In this document: one piece after another, positions 10,846 to 20,614 of the stretch
Numbering within the stretch: position 1 is the first letter of the stretch
Layout of the letters: each line of letters begins with the position of its first letter
Assembly (NCBI GenBank): GCA_045805065.1
Contig: JBJMMA010000259.1
Coordinates: 2,874 to 66,873 of the forward strand
From: Bdellovibrionia bacterium
GTDB lineage: Bacteria; Bdellovibrionota; UBA1018
Length of the DNA: 64,000 nt
Reading direction: 5' to 3'
Notes under the pieces: generated by a model
What the model was told of the DNA's origin: nothing
The model's database searches: none
The model's input: the letters and a program-made list of their open reading frames with translations, nothing else
Made by a program: the position numbers and the translations under genes

Positions 10846-11946
10846 ATGTCTTCATGGATCTACATCTTATCCAAGTTCACGCCTGAAGCCTTGTTATTTG
10901 AGGCTTTGCTGATTTGCGTTCTGGTCTCAAGCTACGCAGCCTTCTGGGTTTTGCGTAAGCGCAGATTTGGCGCCATTGAAGACGAAGTGCCTGCATCGGT
11001 CGTGAAGGTTTACCTGAACGAGCTGATTGGCGAAGCCGAAGACATGCGCACGCAACTCTTCGGCCTGCTCTCAGGCCACGCTCCGCGCCCACGTCACGCT
11101 CACGCTGATGCTCATATTTCTAGCCCATCCTTTGTTGTCTCGGGCGATGCTGCTGAAAAACTCACGGCATTGGAGCAGAAGATGGCCGAACAAGCCGCCG
11201 CCATGGAACGCATCATGAGCGAGAAAGCCAAGCTTGAAAAAGAGCTCAATGATGCTCGCGCAAATGGCGCGGCAGCAGGCGGTGCCAGTGCGGGTGGCGA
11301 AGACGTTCAAAAACTTCAGGAGAAATGCCAGAGCCTTGAAGCTCGCCTGGCCGAATACAGCGTCATCGAAGATGACCTGGCAAATTTGAAGCGCTTGCAG
11401 CAAGAGAACGCTCAGTTGAAGACTCAGCTGGCAAGCGGTGGCGCAGGCGCCACGGCCGCAGGTCCTGCCGTTCCAGCTACCCCTGCAGCGACTGCTGCTC
11501 CATCTACTCCGGCCGCAGCAGAACCCGAAGCCGCTCCAGCTCCTGCCGAAGCAGCACCTGCTCCTGCAGCAGAAGCAGCGCCAGCAACCCCTGCAGATCC
11601 AGAAGCCGCAGCTGCCGCAGCAGCCGTTGCTGCAGCCACCGCCGCTGACGCACCTAGCTCAACCGTCATGGACCAGGACGCAATCCAGGCCATGCTGGAC
11701 TCTGCCGGCACGGCTCCTTCTACTCCTGCCGCTGCTCCTGCACCAAGCGCCGCGTCCAACGAATTTGAAGGCCTGGTTGACGAAGTGGAAAAGAGCTTGC
11801 AACCGAATGCTCCTGCTCCCGCAGCGGCCGCAACTCCTGCAGCTCCGGCTCAAGCAGAAACCAAAGCTGAAAAAACCCCAGAGAAAGTTCCAGAGAAATC
11901 CGATGAAGACCTCATTGCTGAGTTCGAAAAAATGCTTAACAGCTAA
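10846..11946 (+). CDS. Membrane-anchored coiled-coil protein with an Ala/Pro-rich low-complexity tail
   Basis: N-terminal TM helix 'ALLFEALLICVLVSSYAAFWVL'. A coiled-coil central part precedes about 150 aa of A/P/E-rich repeats. The alternative-frame ORFs at 11424..11759(-) and 11438..(+) are frame artefacts of this repeat. Confidence 0.6.
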   Translation: MSSWIYILSKFTPEALLFEALLICVLVSSYAAFWVLRKRRFGAIEDEVPASVVKVYLNELIGEAEDMRTQLFGLLSGHAPRPRHAHADAHISSPSFVVSGDAAEKLTALEQKMAEQAAAMERIMSEKAKLEKELNDARANGAAAGGASAGGEDVQKLQEKCQSLEARLAEYSVIEDDLANLKRLQQENAQLKTQLASGGAGATAAGPAVPATPAATAAPSTPAAAEPEAAPAPAEAAPAPAAEAAPATPADPEAAAAAAAVAAATAADAPSSTVMDQDAIQAMLDSAGTAPSTPAAAPAPSAASNEFEGLVDEVEKSLQPNAPAPAAAATPAAPAQAETKAEKTPEKVPEKSDEDLIAEFEKMLNS

Positions 11947-12727
11947 GGCCGTTGCAGTCCTGCTCGCACTGTCCTCTTTTTCGTCGATTTCGACTTTTGC
12001 TGCCAACACTTACATCGCGCCTTCCCAGGCGACATTGGTTCAGGACATCAACACCAACCCCGATGTCGATTTCGAAGCGCTTCTTCAGCGCTGGACGAAT
12101 CAATACGGAAGCCTCGCCAGTCAGCCCCTGCTTTCCATTGCGAAAGACAAACGCAACTCCGATCGTCAGCGCTACATTGCAGTGATGGGTGCAGCAAAGC
12201 TTGGCGGACCCGCCGTTGCTGAAAAGCTTGTTCCCCTTCTCAAGGACAAAGTCTGGTTGATCCGTAGCGCCACTCTCAGAGCATTGGCAGCGCTCAAAGA
12301 TCCTGCAACTGCTCAGGCGGTTTTGCCTCTATTGAAAGACCCAGCTCTTGTGGTTCGCGTTGAAGCTGTCGAAACCGTAAAAGTCCTCAAGCCTGAAGGG
12401 GGCGCTCAAGCCCTGATCTCGGTTCTCCAAAGCCAGGACAACTATCGTTTTGGAAAAGCCCAATGGGTTCCACAACGCGCTCTTTCAGCGCTTGTGGTTC
12501 TTCATGACTTCTCGGTCGTGCCTTACCTTCGCCCGCTTCTGGACCATCAGAAGGATCCAGAGCTTCAACGCCAGACGATTTTTGCCCTTCAGATGCTGAC
12601 CGGAATCGACAAAGACTCCAAGCTTGCGCTCAACGCGCAGGTCGAGACCTGGAAGAAAATCCTGGCAGGCGACCGCACCCCGGTCGTCACCAGCTCAGCG
12701 CACAGCGAACCTAAGCCTATTCATTGA
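11903..12727 (+). CDS. Secreted HEAT-repeat (PBS-lyase-like) protein
   Basis: The ATG at 11903 gives the signal peptide 'MKTSLLSSKKCLTAKAVAVLLALSSFSSISTFA'. Repeated 'LLKDKVWLIRSATLRALAALKDP' and 'LLKDPALVVRVEAVETV' HEAT-like units follow. The 5' part of the listed 429-aa ORF is the wrong frame of the upstream A/P-rich repeat. Confidence 0.55.
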   Translation: MKTSLLSSKKCLTAKAVAVLLALSSFSSISTFAANTYIAPSQATLVQDINTNPDVDFEALLQRWTNQYGSLASQPLLSIAKDKRNSDRQRYIAVMGAAKLGGPAVAEKLVPLLKDKVWLIRSATLRALAALKDPATAQAVLPLLKDPALVVRVEAVETVKVLKPEGGAQALISVLQSQDNYRFGKAQWVPQRALSALVVLHDFSVVPYLRPLLDHQKDPELQRQTIFALQMLTGIDKDSKLALNAQVETWKKILAGDRTPVVTSSAHSEPKPIH

Positions 12728-12739
12728 GCGCGATAGCGC

Positions 12740-14026
12740 TCATGACTCAATGAATCTCCGGATTTGAAGCCAGCTATCTTCAGCGGCAAACGCATCGCCT
12801 TCATCGGTTCCACCGTTTTTAAATCCACTCTTCTCAACCGGATGAAGCATGTCATGAGCCGTGGCTGGGAAATATGGCAGCGGAATGCCGTGACCGGCAT
12901 TAGGGTACCTGAGATGGCGAACCTGATCTCCTTTGCCATGCGCCTGCATTCGCTCCACGACGCGATCGGAGAACCATGACGATGGCCAGGTCTGATCATC
13001 CTCGCCTGAAATCAGAAGCATTCTTCCATTGAATTTCTCGACCGCAATCGCTGCCTCCTGACACTGCTGCCCCATGAGTCGGATCGCTTTTTCAAAAAGC
13101 GGCGTGAGTGCGAGATAGCCCCCCTTTTTGCGAAGCGCTTCAAACTCCGCCTGAATCTCCTGAAGCGCAAGCATCGGGACATGGCAAAGTGGCGATCCTT
13201 GATAGATCCACGAAGGCGCTCCCTGCGCCCAAACGACATGGGATGGAACGCGGGCAACGACCTGGTGTATCTCACCGGGGTAAAGGCTTGCCAGGATCAG
13301 CGAAAGCTCACCTCCACGAGATCCTCCCATGACGGTGATCTTGGCGTGATCATTTCCCGCACGAGCCTTCAGCCAGCGCAGTGCCTTTTCAAAATACTCG
13401 ATTTCGATACCGGCAAGAAGCGGCGGCCGTCCGGGATACGCAAAATAAGCCAATGCCATGGACGGAATTCCACGAGACGCAAGAAGGGCTGCGGCACGTC
13501 TCGAAAAATCCATTCCTCCCCCTGACCCACCAAAGATCAGCGCCAGGGGATGATTCTTCAGATCGCTCCCTTTTTTGAAATAGAACTCGGCCGCGAGACC
13601 CGGGCCTGATGATGCCTCAAGCTTTTCAACGACAACGTCAGAGTCGATCAGAGTGCGAGTAAATTGTCGCTCCAGCAAAAGAGCTCCCTGCTCGTCTTCG
13701 ATCTCCAGGCGATACTCCAGCGGCGAGAGTCCGCGCTTTTGAAATACCAAGCCCTCACCCGCCTCACGCTGAGGACGCATGGACCAAAAGAGCCCCATCG
13801 GATGCGCGCGATCATAAGAGCCTGCTTCAGGTTGCGCACGCGAGAGCTTCATTCTTCCTTCTTCTGGAGAAATCTCAAAGCGAGCCTGGCTCTGCCAGGT
13901 CACCTGGGCATCGTCCTGTACAGCCAGCTTAAGCGTGACACGCGAGCCTGGAGTCAGTCCCTGCACCGTCAGGTTCACCAGAGAATCCATCAGCGACAAA
14001 TCCGGAAGTCCTGTAAGGGTGATCAT
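12740..14026 (-). CDS. Acyl-CoA thioesterase / BAAT-family (bile acid-CoA:amino acid N-acyltransferase-like) alpha/beta hydrolase
   Basis: 428 aa. 'GGSGGGMDFS' and nucleophile-elbow 'MGGSRGGELSL' are characteristic of the BAAT C-terminal domain. Confidence 0.65.
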   Translation of the reverse strand: MITLTGLPDLSLMDSLVNLTVQGLTPGSRVTLKLAVQDDAQVTWQSQARFEISPEEGRMKLSRAQPEAGSYDRAHPMGLFWSMRPQREAGEGLVFQKRGLSPLEYRLEIEDEQGALLLERQFTRTLIDSDVVVEKLEASSGPGLAAEFYFKKGSDLKNHPLALIFGGSGGGMDFSRRAAALLASRGIPSMALAYFAYPGRPPLLAGIEIEYFEKALRWLKARAGNDHAKITVMGGSRGGELSLILASLYPGEIHQVVARVPSHVVWAQGAPSWIYQGSPLCHVPMLALQEIQAEFEALRKKGGYLALTPLFEKAIRLMGQQCQEAAIAVEKFNGRMLLISGEDDQTWPSSWFSDRVVERMQAHGKGDQVRHLRYPNAGHGIPLPYFPATAHDMLHPVEKSGFKNGGTDEGDAFAAEDSWLQIRRFIES

Positions 14027-14042
14027 TTTCGTTAATCCAAAC

Positions 14043-14078
14043 TAAAAACCCCGAGAAGGCTCTCCTTCCCGGGGTTTC
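14043..14078 (-). terminator. Rho-independent terminator downstream of the DsbA-like gene
   Basis: Minus-strand hairpin 'AAACCCCGGG...CGGGGTTT' followed by a TTTTT run. Confidence 0.5.
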
Positions 14079-14109
14079 TTATACCATATGGTCTCGAATC
14101 GATCGGCTA

Positions 14110-15210
14110 TTACTTCTTAGCGGTCAACTCTTCGTCGATGATTTCGGAGAAGCTCTCAACAGGCAATGCGCCGTTGATCAGCTGGCCGTTGACGAAGAAC
14201 GTTGGCGTGGAGCGGACTCCCATCTTTTCGCCGTAAGCCATGTCGGCTGCCACTTGAGCGGAGTACTTCTTCGCCTTGTAGCATTCTTCGAACTTGGCCT
14301 GATCTGCGCCAGCTTCCTTGGCGAACTTAGCCAAGTTTGCATCGTCGAGCTTGTCTTGGTTCTTGAAGAGGATGTCATGATACTTCCAGAACTTGTCCAT
14401 GCCTTGCTCGTTCACGCAAAGAGAAGCTTCTGCGGATTGGCGAGCTTGAGGGTGCATGGTCGGAGGAAGCGGGAACTGACGGAAAGCGAGCTTGATCTTG
14501 TTTCCGTACTTCTTCTTGAGCTCATGAACGCGCTCAGCACCTTGTGCGCAGTATGGGCATTGGAAGTCGGAGAACTCAATGATCGTGACCTTTGCGTTTT
14601 CGCCGCCAAACCATGGACCATTGCCTGCTTCAACAGGAACCACCATCTTTGGCTTTTGGAAGTAAACTTCCACTGGGTTGTTCTTGGTTGCCTTGGCAAT
14701 GTAAGCCTGAAGAAGGTCTTGCTTCTTCATTTGCTGCAAGTAACCCATGATGCGTTCCTTGAGCTGAGGCGTGAGCTGGCTTTCTGGAACGTTCTTTTCC
14801 TTCACGAACTTCTTGTAATCGGAGTCGGAAACCTTCACGTCGCCGACGACTTTCTTGTTGATATAGTCGTCGAGGCTCATGTTGGCCTTCTTGGCTTCAT
14901 CACCGATCATCTTCTCGACGATCAAGCGATTGAGGCGCTCCATCTTGAGGTCGTATTCCTTCTTCTTCAAGTCGAAGAAGTCCATCTTGTCGTCGCCAAT
15001 GAGCTCTTCTTCGGTCACGTTCTGACCGTTGATCTTGGCAACCACGCCTGGAGCCGGAGCATTGTCCTTGGTGACAATATTTGGCTTGGTCTTGGCTTGC
15101 GATCCAGTGCAGCCGGTAACAACAACGGCCGTAGATGCAGCCACGAGAATCGTGACCAGCGAGAGAGTGTGTTTCTTGAAAATCGAATTCTGAATCTGCG
15201 AATTAAGCAA
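14110..15210 (-). CDS. DsbA-family thiol:disulfide oxidoreductase lipoprotein with an N-terminal chaperone-like domain
   Basis: Lipobox 'VVTGC'. Thioredoxin active site 'FSDFQCPYCAQ' in the C-terminal half. Confidence 0.7.
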   Translation of the reverse strand: MLNSQIQNSIFKKHTLSLVTILVAASTAVVVTGCTGSQAKTKPNIVTKDNAPAPGVVAKINGQNVTEEELIGDDKMDFFDLKKKEYDLKMERLNRLIVEKMIGDEAKKANMSLDDYINKKVVGDVKVSDSDYKKFVKEKNVPESQLTPQLKERIMGYLQQMKKQDLLQAYIAKATKNNPVEVYFQKPKMVVPVEAGNGPWFGGENAKVTIIEFSDFQCPYCAQGAERVHELKKKYGNKIKLAFRQFPLPPTMHPQARQSAEASLCVNEQGMDKFWKYHDILFKNQDKLDDANLAKFAKEAGADQAKFEECYKAKKYSAQVAADMAYGEKMGVRSTPTFFVNGQLINGALPVESFSEIIDEELTAKK

Positions 15211-15278
15211 CTTCGGCCTCCTTAGTTCGGCTCCAAATCAAGCTAAGACAACAGCGTGAAATATTTTAAAAACTGGCT

Positions 15279-15638
15279 TTATCGTAATTCCTGACCACAG
15301 CGTATGCAATGCAAAACTCGCTTGCTTGCCCGACGACGTCGGTAAACCAAAACGATTCCGAGAACAAATTGCACGACGCACCATGACCAAATCCAAGCTC
15401 GATGCGCCTGAATTTTATCTGAGTAAATCAAAAACAGAACAAAGCTGAGCCCGAACAGAATCTGCGTCACTACCGGGTAGGGATACGCAGGACGTGAAAC
15501 AAGCTCTCCTCCTTTGTCTTCACCATATTTGGCAAGACAAGAAGGACAAGGATCGCCTTCGGCATATCTACCGGTCAGTTTAGAACGTGCGGACAAGGTC
15601 ATGCACGCGTACCACGCCTTTCCAACATCCGTTCTCAT
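15279..15638 (-). CDS. Hypothetical zinc-ribbon membrane protein
   Basis: Two CxxC pairs (CPSC and CIRC) flank two hydrophobic helices. Overlaps the 3' end of the kpsF-like gene by 23-59 nt depending on start. Weak call. Confidence 0.3.
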   Translation of the reverse strand: MRTDVGKAWYACMTLSARSKLTGRYAEGDPCPSCLAKYGEDKGGELVSRPAYPYPVVTQILFGLSFVLFLIYSDKIQAHRAWIWSWCVVQFVLGIVLVYRRRRASKRVLHCIRCGQELR

Positions 15639-16599
15639 CCACGACTGGAATCACACTGATCTGCCTTGGACGATTCTCCATCAGTTCTAATGCCGTCTTC
15701 GCCATCATTTCTGGCGAAGCCGTCACAGGGGATCTTGTCATGACTTCCCCTGCTTTCATCATGAAAAATTTTTCACGGTGTTGAAGCGCGCGACGAATGT
15801 CTCCGTCCGTGATGATTCCCAAAAGCTTCTCACCTTGAACCACAAGGACCGCACCGAGGCGTTTTTGAGTGGATGCAACGACCACTTCATCCATCGAAGC
15901 CTGATCACTGACGCACGCGACCGCATCGCCTTGATGCATCACATCAGAGACTCGAAGATTGAGGCGATTCCCGAGTGAGCCTCCGGGATGATTCTGAGCA
16001 AAGGCTTGAGCGTCAAATCCTCGCCACTGCATCAGCGCCAGAGCCAGGGCATCCCCTAAGGCAAGAGCCAGGGTCGTGCTTGAAGTGGGCGCTAAGTTAT
16101 GAGGACAAGCCTCCTGCTCCACAAACCCGTCGAGCCAGACGTCGGATTGTTGAGCAAGCTTGGATTGGCGGTTTCCGCAAAGGGCAATCACTGGAACTTT
16201 TAGGCTCTTGAAAGAAGGGATCAGTCGAACCAGCTCCTCGGTATTTCCGGTATAGCTGAGCGCTAAAACCACATCTCCCACCTGAACCAGACCTAAATCT
16301 CCGTGCAATCCTTCGGTGGGGTGGAGGTAAACAGCCAGGCTTCCCGTGCTGCAGAAAGTAGCTGCGATTTTCTGGCCGATTTTGCCGGACTTTCCGACTC
16401 CCGCGATCACGATCTTGTTTCCGCGCGCAAGAGCCTGCTGCATGAGTTCCAGGGCTTTTTGAATTCCTTCTTCGGCTCCCTTTTGCTCAAGCCTTTTTGC
16501 ACAGGCCAGAAGCGCTTGTCCTTCGCATTCCAGGACGCGGCGGACCTCACCTGCCAGATCTTTTGGCAACTCTTTTGGCCAGTCTTTCGATGTGCTCAT
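15580..16599 (-). CDS. kdsD: Arabinose-5-phosphate isomerase (KpsF/GutQ/KdsD family; SIS plus CBS pair)
   Basis: The SIS domain 'IVIAGVGKSGKIGQKIAATF' is followed by two CBS motifs. Start taken at the internal ATG 16599 ('MSTSKDWPKE'). The ORF extends to 16680. Confidence 0.8.
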   Translation of the reverse strand: MSTSKDWPKELPKDLAGEVRRVLECEGQALLACAKRLEQKGAEEGIQKALELMQQALARGNKIVIAGVGKSGKIGQKIAATFCSTGSLAVYLHPTEGLHGDLGLVQVGDVVLALSYTGNTEELVRLIPSFKSLKVPVIALCGNRQSKLAQQSDVWLDGFVEQEACPHNLAPTSSTTLALALGDALALALMQWRGFDAQAFAQNHPGGSLGNRLNLRVSDVMHQGDAVACVSDQASMDEVVVASTQKRLGAVLVVQGEKLLGIITDGDIRRALQHREKFFMMKAGEVMTRSPVTASPEMMAKTALELMENRPRQISVIPVVDENGCWKGVVRVHDLVRTF

Positions 16600-16694
16600 A
16601 AAATGTTCATCGCATAAGTTAATGGAAACAAAAAGGTACTCCAGCAGGAATTGCACATTTTGACAGACTCCCTGACCCAAGCGACAATAGAAGC

Positions 16695-17261
16695 ATGAAG
16701 CAAGGTCAGGCTCTTCTGCGCGCTCTTTTATTGGTCGTTTTACCCTCCCTTGCCCTGCTCCCCCTGCTCTCAGGTTGCATGAGCGCTTACCGGAAAAGCG
16801 TCGGGGTGGACAATGTCGGACAAGTCTATAGCCGCCGCTATGTCACCGACCTGAATACCGCCTGGCAGGCCTGTCTTGAGGCCATGAAGTCCAACCCTCT
16901 CGACGTGAAAAACACCCAATCGGGCTATATTCAGACCAAATGGGTCGATAACACCGAGCAGAGAAACTTTGTCGACTCGTTTGGCGACGCAAACGCGACG
17001 CTCAAGGCCCAGTTTCGCTTCAAGGTGAATGTGGCCAGCACCTTCTATAATGGCGAGCCTGTTGTCAAAATCACCGTCACCAAGGATCAGATGGTCCAAT
17101 ATGACGTCCTGGAAGGCTGGCGCTATGTGGAGACGGACTCGATCGATGAGAACACCCTTCTTTACCGCATCGGCAGGCTCATCTATTTTCGCATGAAGAT
17201 CGCAAAGCTTGAGGAAGAGCGAATCAATCGCGAGACCAAGAACATGGATCTTTCGAAGTAA
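16695..17261 (+). CDS. Hypothetical lipoprotein
   Basis: Signal peptide with lipobox 'LLSGC'. No recognisable catalytic motif. Confidence 0.5.
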   Translation: MKQGQALLRALLLVVLPSLALLPLLSGCMSAYRKSVGVDNVGQVYSRRYVTDLNTAWQACLEAMKSNPLDVKNTQSGYIQTKWVDNTEQRNFVDSFGDANATLKAQFRFKVNVASTFYNGEPVVKITVTKDQMVQYDVLEGWRYVETDSIDENTLLYRIGRLIYFRMKIAKLEEERINRETKNMDLSK

Positions 17262-17373
17262 TGGCAAAGTAATGGCAAAGTAGGCATTCTTTGCCCAATG
17301 CCCTGTTTTTCCCGCGTTTCGCTTCAATTTCTCTTCATTACTTCTTCAATCTATATGCGATAATAATTGAAGT

Positions 17374-19131
17374 ATGAGTTCGATTTCTACCACGGACGGC
17401 GGATATCAGTACTACCAACGCAAGCTCAGCGATCTCGAGTCGGAGATGCGCGACGAGGCCAAGCGCTCTCGCGAACATTACGACGAGCGTGCCGACGCGC
17501 TTGAAAAGAAGTCGACGCAGAACGTGCGTGACTACGAAAAGAAATCTGATGAAGCCGTGAATGATGTTCGTGAGAACTCCTCTGCTCAGATGGACAAGGA
17601 GCGCGAGGCCGCACGTGCGGATGTCGAGCGCGCAAGAGCCGCAACCTACGACAAGTACGGTCGCTCGCAATCTGAGATCGCTTTCCACAAAAAGCGCGCT
17701 GACGACGCGATTCAACAGATGCAAGAGCAGATGGACTCACAAAAGCCGAAGTTTGATCGCGCGATCGAAAGCGCCTCGGCCAAGACCACTCTGGGCGCTG
17801 CTGAACGCCTGAGAAAAAACGCCGACCAGGAACACGAAAGCCGCACTCGCGAGACCACGGAGCTTCGGCAATCGATCGATAGCCTGCTTGAAAACGAAAG
17901 AGCCTACGGCAAGGAAAAAGGCCAGGGCTCGGTCGACGCTCGCCGTGAGATTGAGAACGAATCCCGCACTCGCGAGTTCGTCATGCGCAACCAGTACGAG
18001 AACGACCTTCAGCAGCAACAGCACAAGAGCGTTCAGACTGAGCACGACCTGATTCAATCGCATCAGCAGGACATGCACGATCGCGACACTCAATTCGCCA
18101 AAGACCTCCACCGCATGACTCAGCAGCATCAGGACGACATGCGCACCCTCTCTGAGAGCACCGAGCACGTCGTCAATCAGGTGCGTGACATGGCTCGCCA
18201 ACAGGCCGTTCACGCGCAAGAATCCATGGATCGCCAAGCTACCAGCATGCAGCGTGACAACCAGGAATCCCTCACCCGCCAGGCTGAGACTTTCCGACAC
18301 GAAAAACAGCTTCAGCGCGAGGAAGATCAGAGCACGATTCACCACCTGGAGAGCGAGATCAAAGGACACATCACCTCAGGTGATCCATCCTGGGTCGCCC
18401 CGGCAGCCGAAGCCAGAATGCGTGACAACTTCATGAAGGAGTTCACCAAGAAACAAGACGCCGAGATCACTCGCAACAAAGAGAAGACCGATAGCCTCCA
18501 CAAGGAATATTCAAAGCGCCTGGCCGATGTCGTCGAAGCATCAGATACGCGCATCATGACCGCAGAAGCCGATCACCGCTCCAGCGAGTATCTTCAACAG
18601 CAGACTTTGATGAACCATGTCGATGAAATCAAATCCACGCAGGAGCGAATGCTTCGTGACAAGGACTATCAAGCAAACCGCCAGATGGAGTCCCTGAATC
18701 ACAACTACAGCAATGACTTGGAGCGGCAGCGTCGCGAGTATGAAGGCGTCATCAACCAGCTGAAGTCCGACTACAGCCAAAAGATGACCGACGTGCGTCA
18801 ACAAGCCGACTTTAACGCAAAATTAGCGCAGCGCAACTTTGCGTCCCAGCAGTATGAAATCTCCAAGTCTTACGAGCGCAAGCTCGAGGAACAAAAGACT
18901 TCTTACGAAGATGCCCTCTCCAACCTCAAGGAACAGCTTGCAACGCATCAACATGAGGCCGAGCGCCGTACCCGCCAGCTATTAGATGACCAAGCCAAGG
19001 GCTATGAGCAAAAAATCGCTCAAATGGAGTACCAAACTAAGGAGCGAGAGCGTACTATCAGTGACAACTACCAGGACCAAATTGAAAAGTTGAAACGATC
19101 GAATGCTCTCCTCATCCAACGGAAATCTTAG
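17374..19131 (+). CDS. Highly charged, entirely polar coiled-coil/disordered protein (585 aa)
   Basis: A 1.76-kb ORF with a protein-like E/R/D/Q/K-rich composition and no hydrophobic segment. No signal peptide. Confidence 0.6.
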   Translation: MSSISTTDGGYQYYQRKLSDLESEMRDEAKRSREHYDERADALEKKSTQNVRDYEKKSDEAVNDVRENSSAQMDKEREAARADVERARAATYDKYGRSQSEIAFHKKRADDAIQQMQEQMDSQKPKFDRAIESASAKTTLGAAERLRKNADQEHESRTRETTELRQSIDSLLENERAYGKEKGQGSVDARREIENESRTREFVMRNQYENDLQQQQHKSVQTEHDLIQSHQQDMHDRDTQFAKDLHRMTQQHQDDMRTLSESTEHVVNQVRDMARQQAVHAQESMDRQATSMQRDNQESLTRQAETFRHEKQLQREEDQSTIHHLESEIKGHITSGDPSWVAPAAEARMRDNFMKEFTKKQDAEITRNKEKTDSLHKEYSKRLADVVEASDTRIMTAEADHRSSEYLQQQTLMNHVDEIKSTQERMLRDKDYQANRQMESLNHNYSNDLERQRREYEGVINQLKSDYSQKMTDVRQQADFNAKLAQRNFASQQYEISKSYERKLEEQKTSYEDALSNLKEQLATHQHEAERRTRQLLDDQAKGYEQKIAQMEYQTKERERTISDNYQDQIEKLKRSNALLIQRKS

Positions 19132-20587
19132 AAAAGTAAAAATCGTCTGTACCCTGGGCCCCTCCACTTCCACACTGGAGCAGATCAGCCAGCTGATCGA
19201 ATCCGGAATGGACGTAGCGCGCTTGAACTTCAGCCACGGCACTCACGAGTTTCACCGCGGCCTGATTCAAAACATTCGCGAAGCCTCTCGCCGCCACGGA
19301 AAGCCAGTGGCGATCATGCAAGATCTTCAAGGCCCGAAACTCCGCGCCGGCGTTCTTCCCAAAGCTGGAATCGAGCTCAAGGCGGGAGATGTCCTTCTTC
19401 TCCATCCAGAAGGATCAACGCCGAAGACTTCCACTCAAGGAAAGATCGCGCTTCCGATCTCCGCCGAGATCGCAGCACCGATTTCCGCTGACGTTCAGCC
19501 TGGCAGCCGCATCCTCTTTGACGATGGAAAGATCGCCACTCGCGTCTCCTCCGTCAATCCCCCTGAGATTATCGTTGAAGTCGAAGTCGGAGGACGCCTC
19601 ACGAGCAATAAGGGAATGAATCTTCCCGGCACCCCTCTTTCTTTGCCATGTTTAACGGACAAGGACTTGGCTGACCTCACCTTTGGCTTGGCCGAAGGCG
19701 TCGATGCAGTCGCCCTCTCCTTTGTTCGCACCGTTCAAGACGTCGAGATCTTGAAAGACAAGATCCGCAAGCAATCCAATGAACATCCGATTGTCGTTTC
19801 CAAGATCGAGCGCGAAGAGGCGATCGAATCCATGGAAGCCATCATGGAAGTTTCTGATGCCCTCATGGTCGCACGCGGTGACTTGGCCGTGGAAATCGGG
19901 GCTGAACGCGTTCCAACGGTTCAAAAGCAACTCATTCACGGCTGCAACGAGCTGGGCGTGCCGATCATCACGGCAACCCAGATGCTTGAGTCCATGATCT
20001 CCTCCCCGACTCCTACGCGCGCAGAAGCCAGCGACGTCGCAAACGCCGTTTTTGACGGAACCGACGCCGTCATGCTCTCCGCCGAAACCGCATCAGGCCA
20101 GTATCCATTTGAGACGGTTCGCACGATGGCCAGAATCATCATCGATGCAGAACGCTCACGCGATAACTTCTCACGCCATCGTGACAATATGGCATTACCA
20201 GGCTCCGTAGTGGACGCCATCGAGCACAGCGCAGCAGGCATTGCCAAGCAAGTGGGCGCGGTTGCGATCGCTTGCCTCACCCACTCCGGAATGGCCGCAC
20301 GCACTCTCGCTAAATATCGCCCAACGACCCCAATCGTTGCGATCATGGACAATGAACCGAACCTTCGTAAGCTTGCCTTTGTCTGGGGCGTACGTGGTGC
20401 GATCATTCCAAAGATTGTCTCAACCGACGATCTTTTTGCGATGGTCGAAAAAGTGCTTCAAACGAATGGCTGGGCTGAGGCCGAGGACCTGGTTGTGGTT
20501 ACCGCGGGCATTCCTACCCTTCGTCGCGGCACAACCAATATGGTGAAAGTGCATCGTATTGGCGCAAACGCTGACCGCGCCCGGTAA
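19103..20587 (+). CDS. pyk: Pyruvate kinase
   Basis: 'KIVCTLGPST' N-terminus, 'MVARGDLAVEIG' and 'TQMLESM' PK motifs. 494 aa. Confidence 0.9.
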   Translation: MLSSSNGNLRKVKIVCTLGPSTSTLEQISQLIESGMDVARLNFSHGTHEFHRGLIQNIREASRRHGKPVAIMQDLQGPKLRAGVLPKAGIELKAGDVLLLHPEGSTPKTSTQGKIALPISAEIAAPISADVQPGSRILFDDGKIATRVSSVNPPEIIVEVEVGGRLTSNKGMNLPGTPLSLPCLTDKDLADLTFGLAEGVDAVALSFVRTVQDVEILKDKIRKQSNEHPIVVSKIEREEAIESMEAIMEVSDALMVARGDLAVEIGAERVPTVQKQLIHGCNELGVPIITATQMLESMISSPTPTRAEASDVANAVFDGTDAVMLSAETASGQYPFETVRTMARIIIDAERSRDNFSRHRDNMALPGSVVDAIEHSAAGIAKQVGAVAIACLTHSGMAARTLAKYRPTTPIVAIMDNEPNLRKLAFVWGVRGAIIPKIVSTDDLFAMVEKVLQTNGWAEAEDLVVVTAGIPTLRRGTTNMVKVHRIGANADRAR

Positions 20588-20614
20588 GCCCTCTAGCCTC
20601 CGGCACCCGCACCA

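Noticed and set aside
11424-11759. Minus-strand 111-aa Ala/Gly-rich ORF and the 5' part of the 429-aa plus-strand ORF starting 11438
   Set aside because: Alternative frames of the GC-rich A/P repeat in gene 10846..11946. They have no start context and no coherent domain.
14254-15225. 323-aa plus-strand ORF
   Set aside because: Antisense to the DsbA-like gene. Leu/Val-rich with no motifs. The minus-strand frame has a lipobox and a CPYC thioredoxin motif.
16770-17327. Minus-strand 185-aa ORF
   Set aside because: Antisense to the lipoprotein gene 16695..17261, which has a proper signal peptide and lipobox.
17737-18369. 210-aa minus-strand ORF
   Set aside because: Antisense to the charged coiled-coil gene. 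Low-complexity Leu/Val/Ala artefact.
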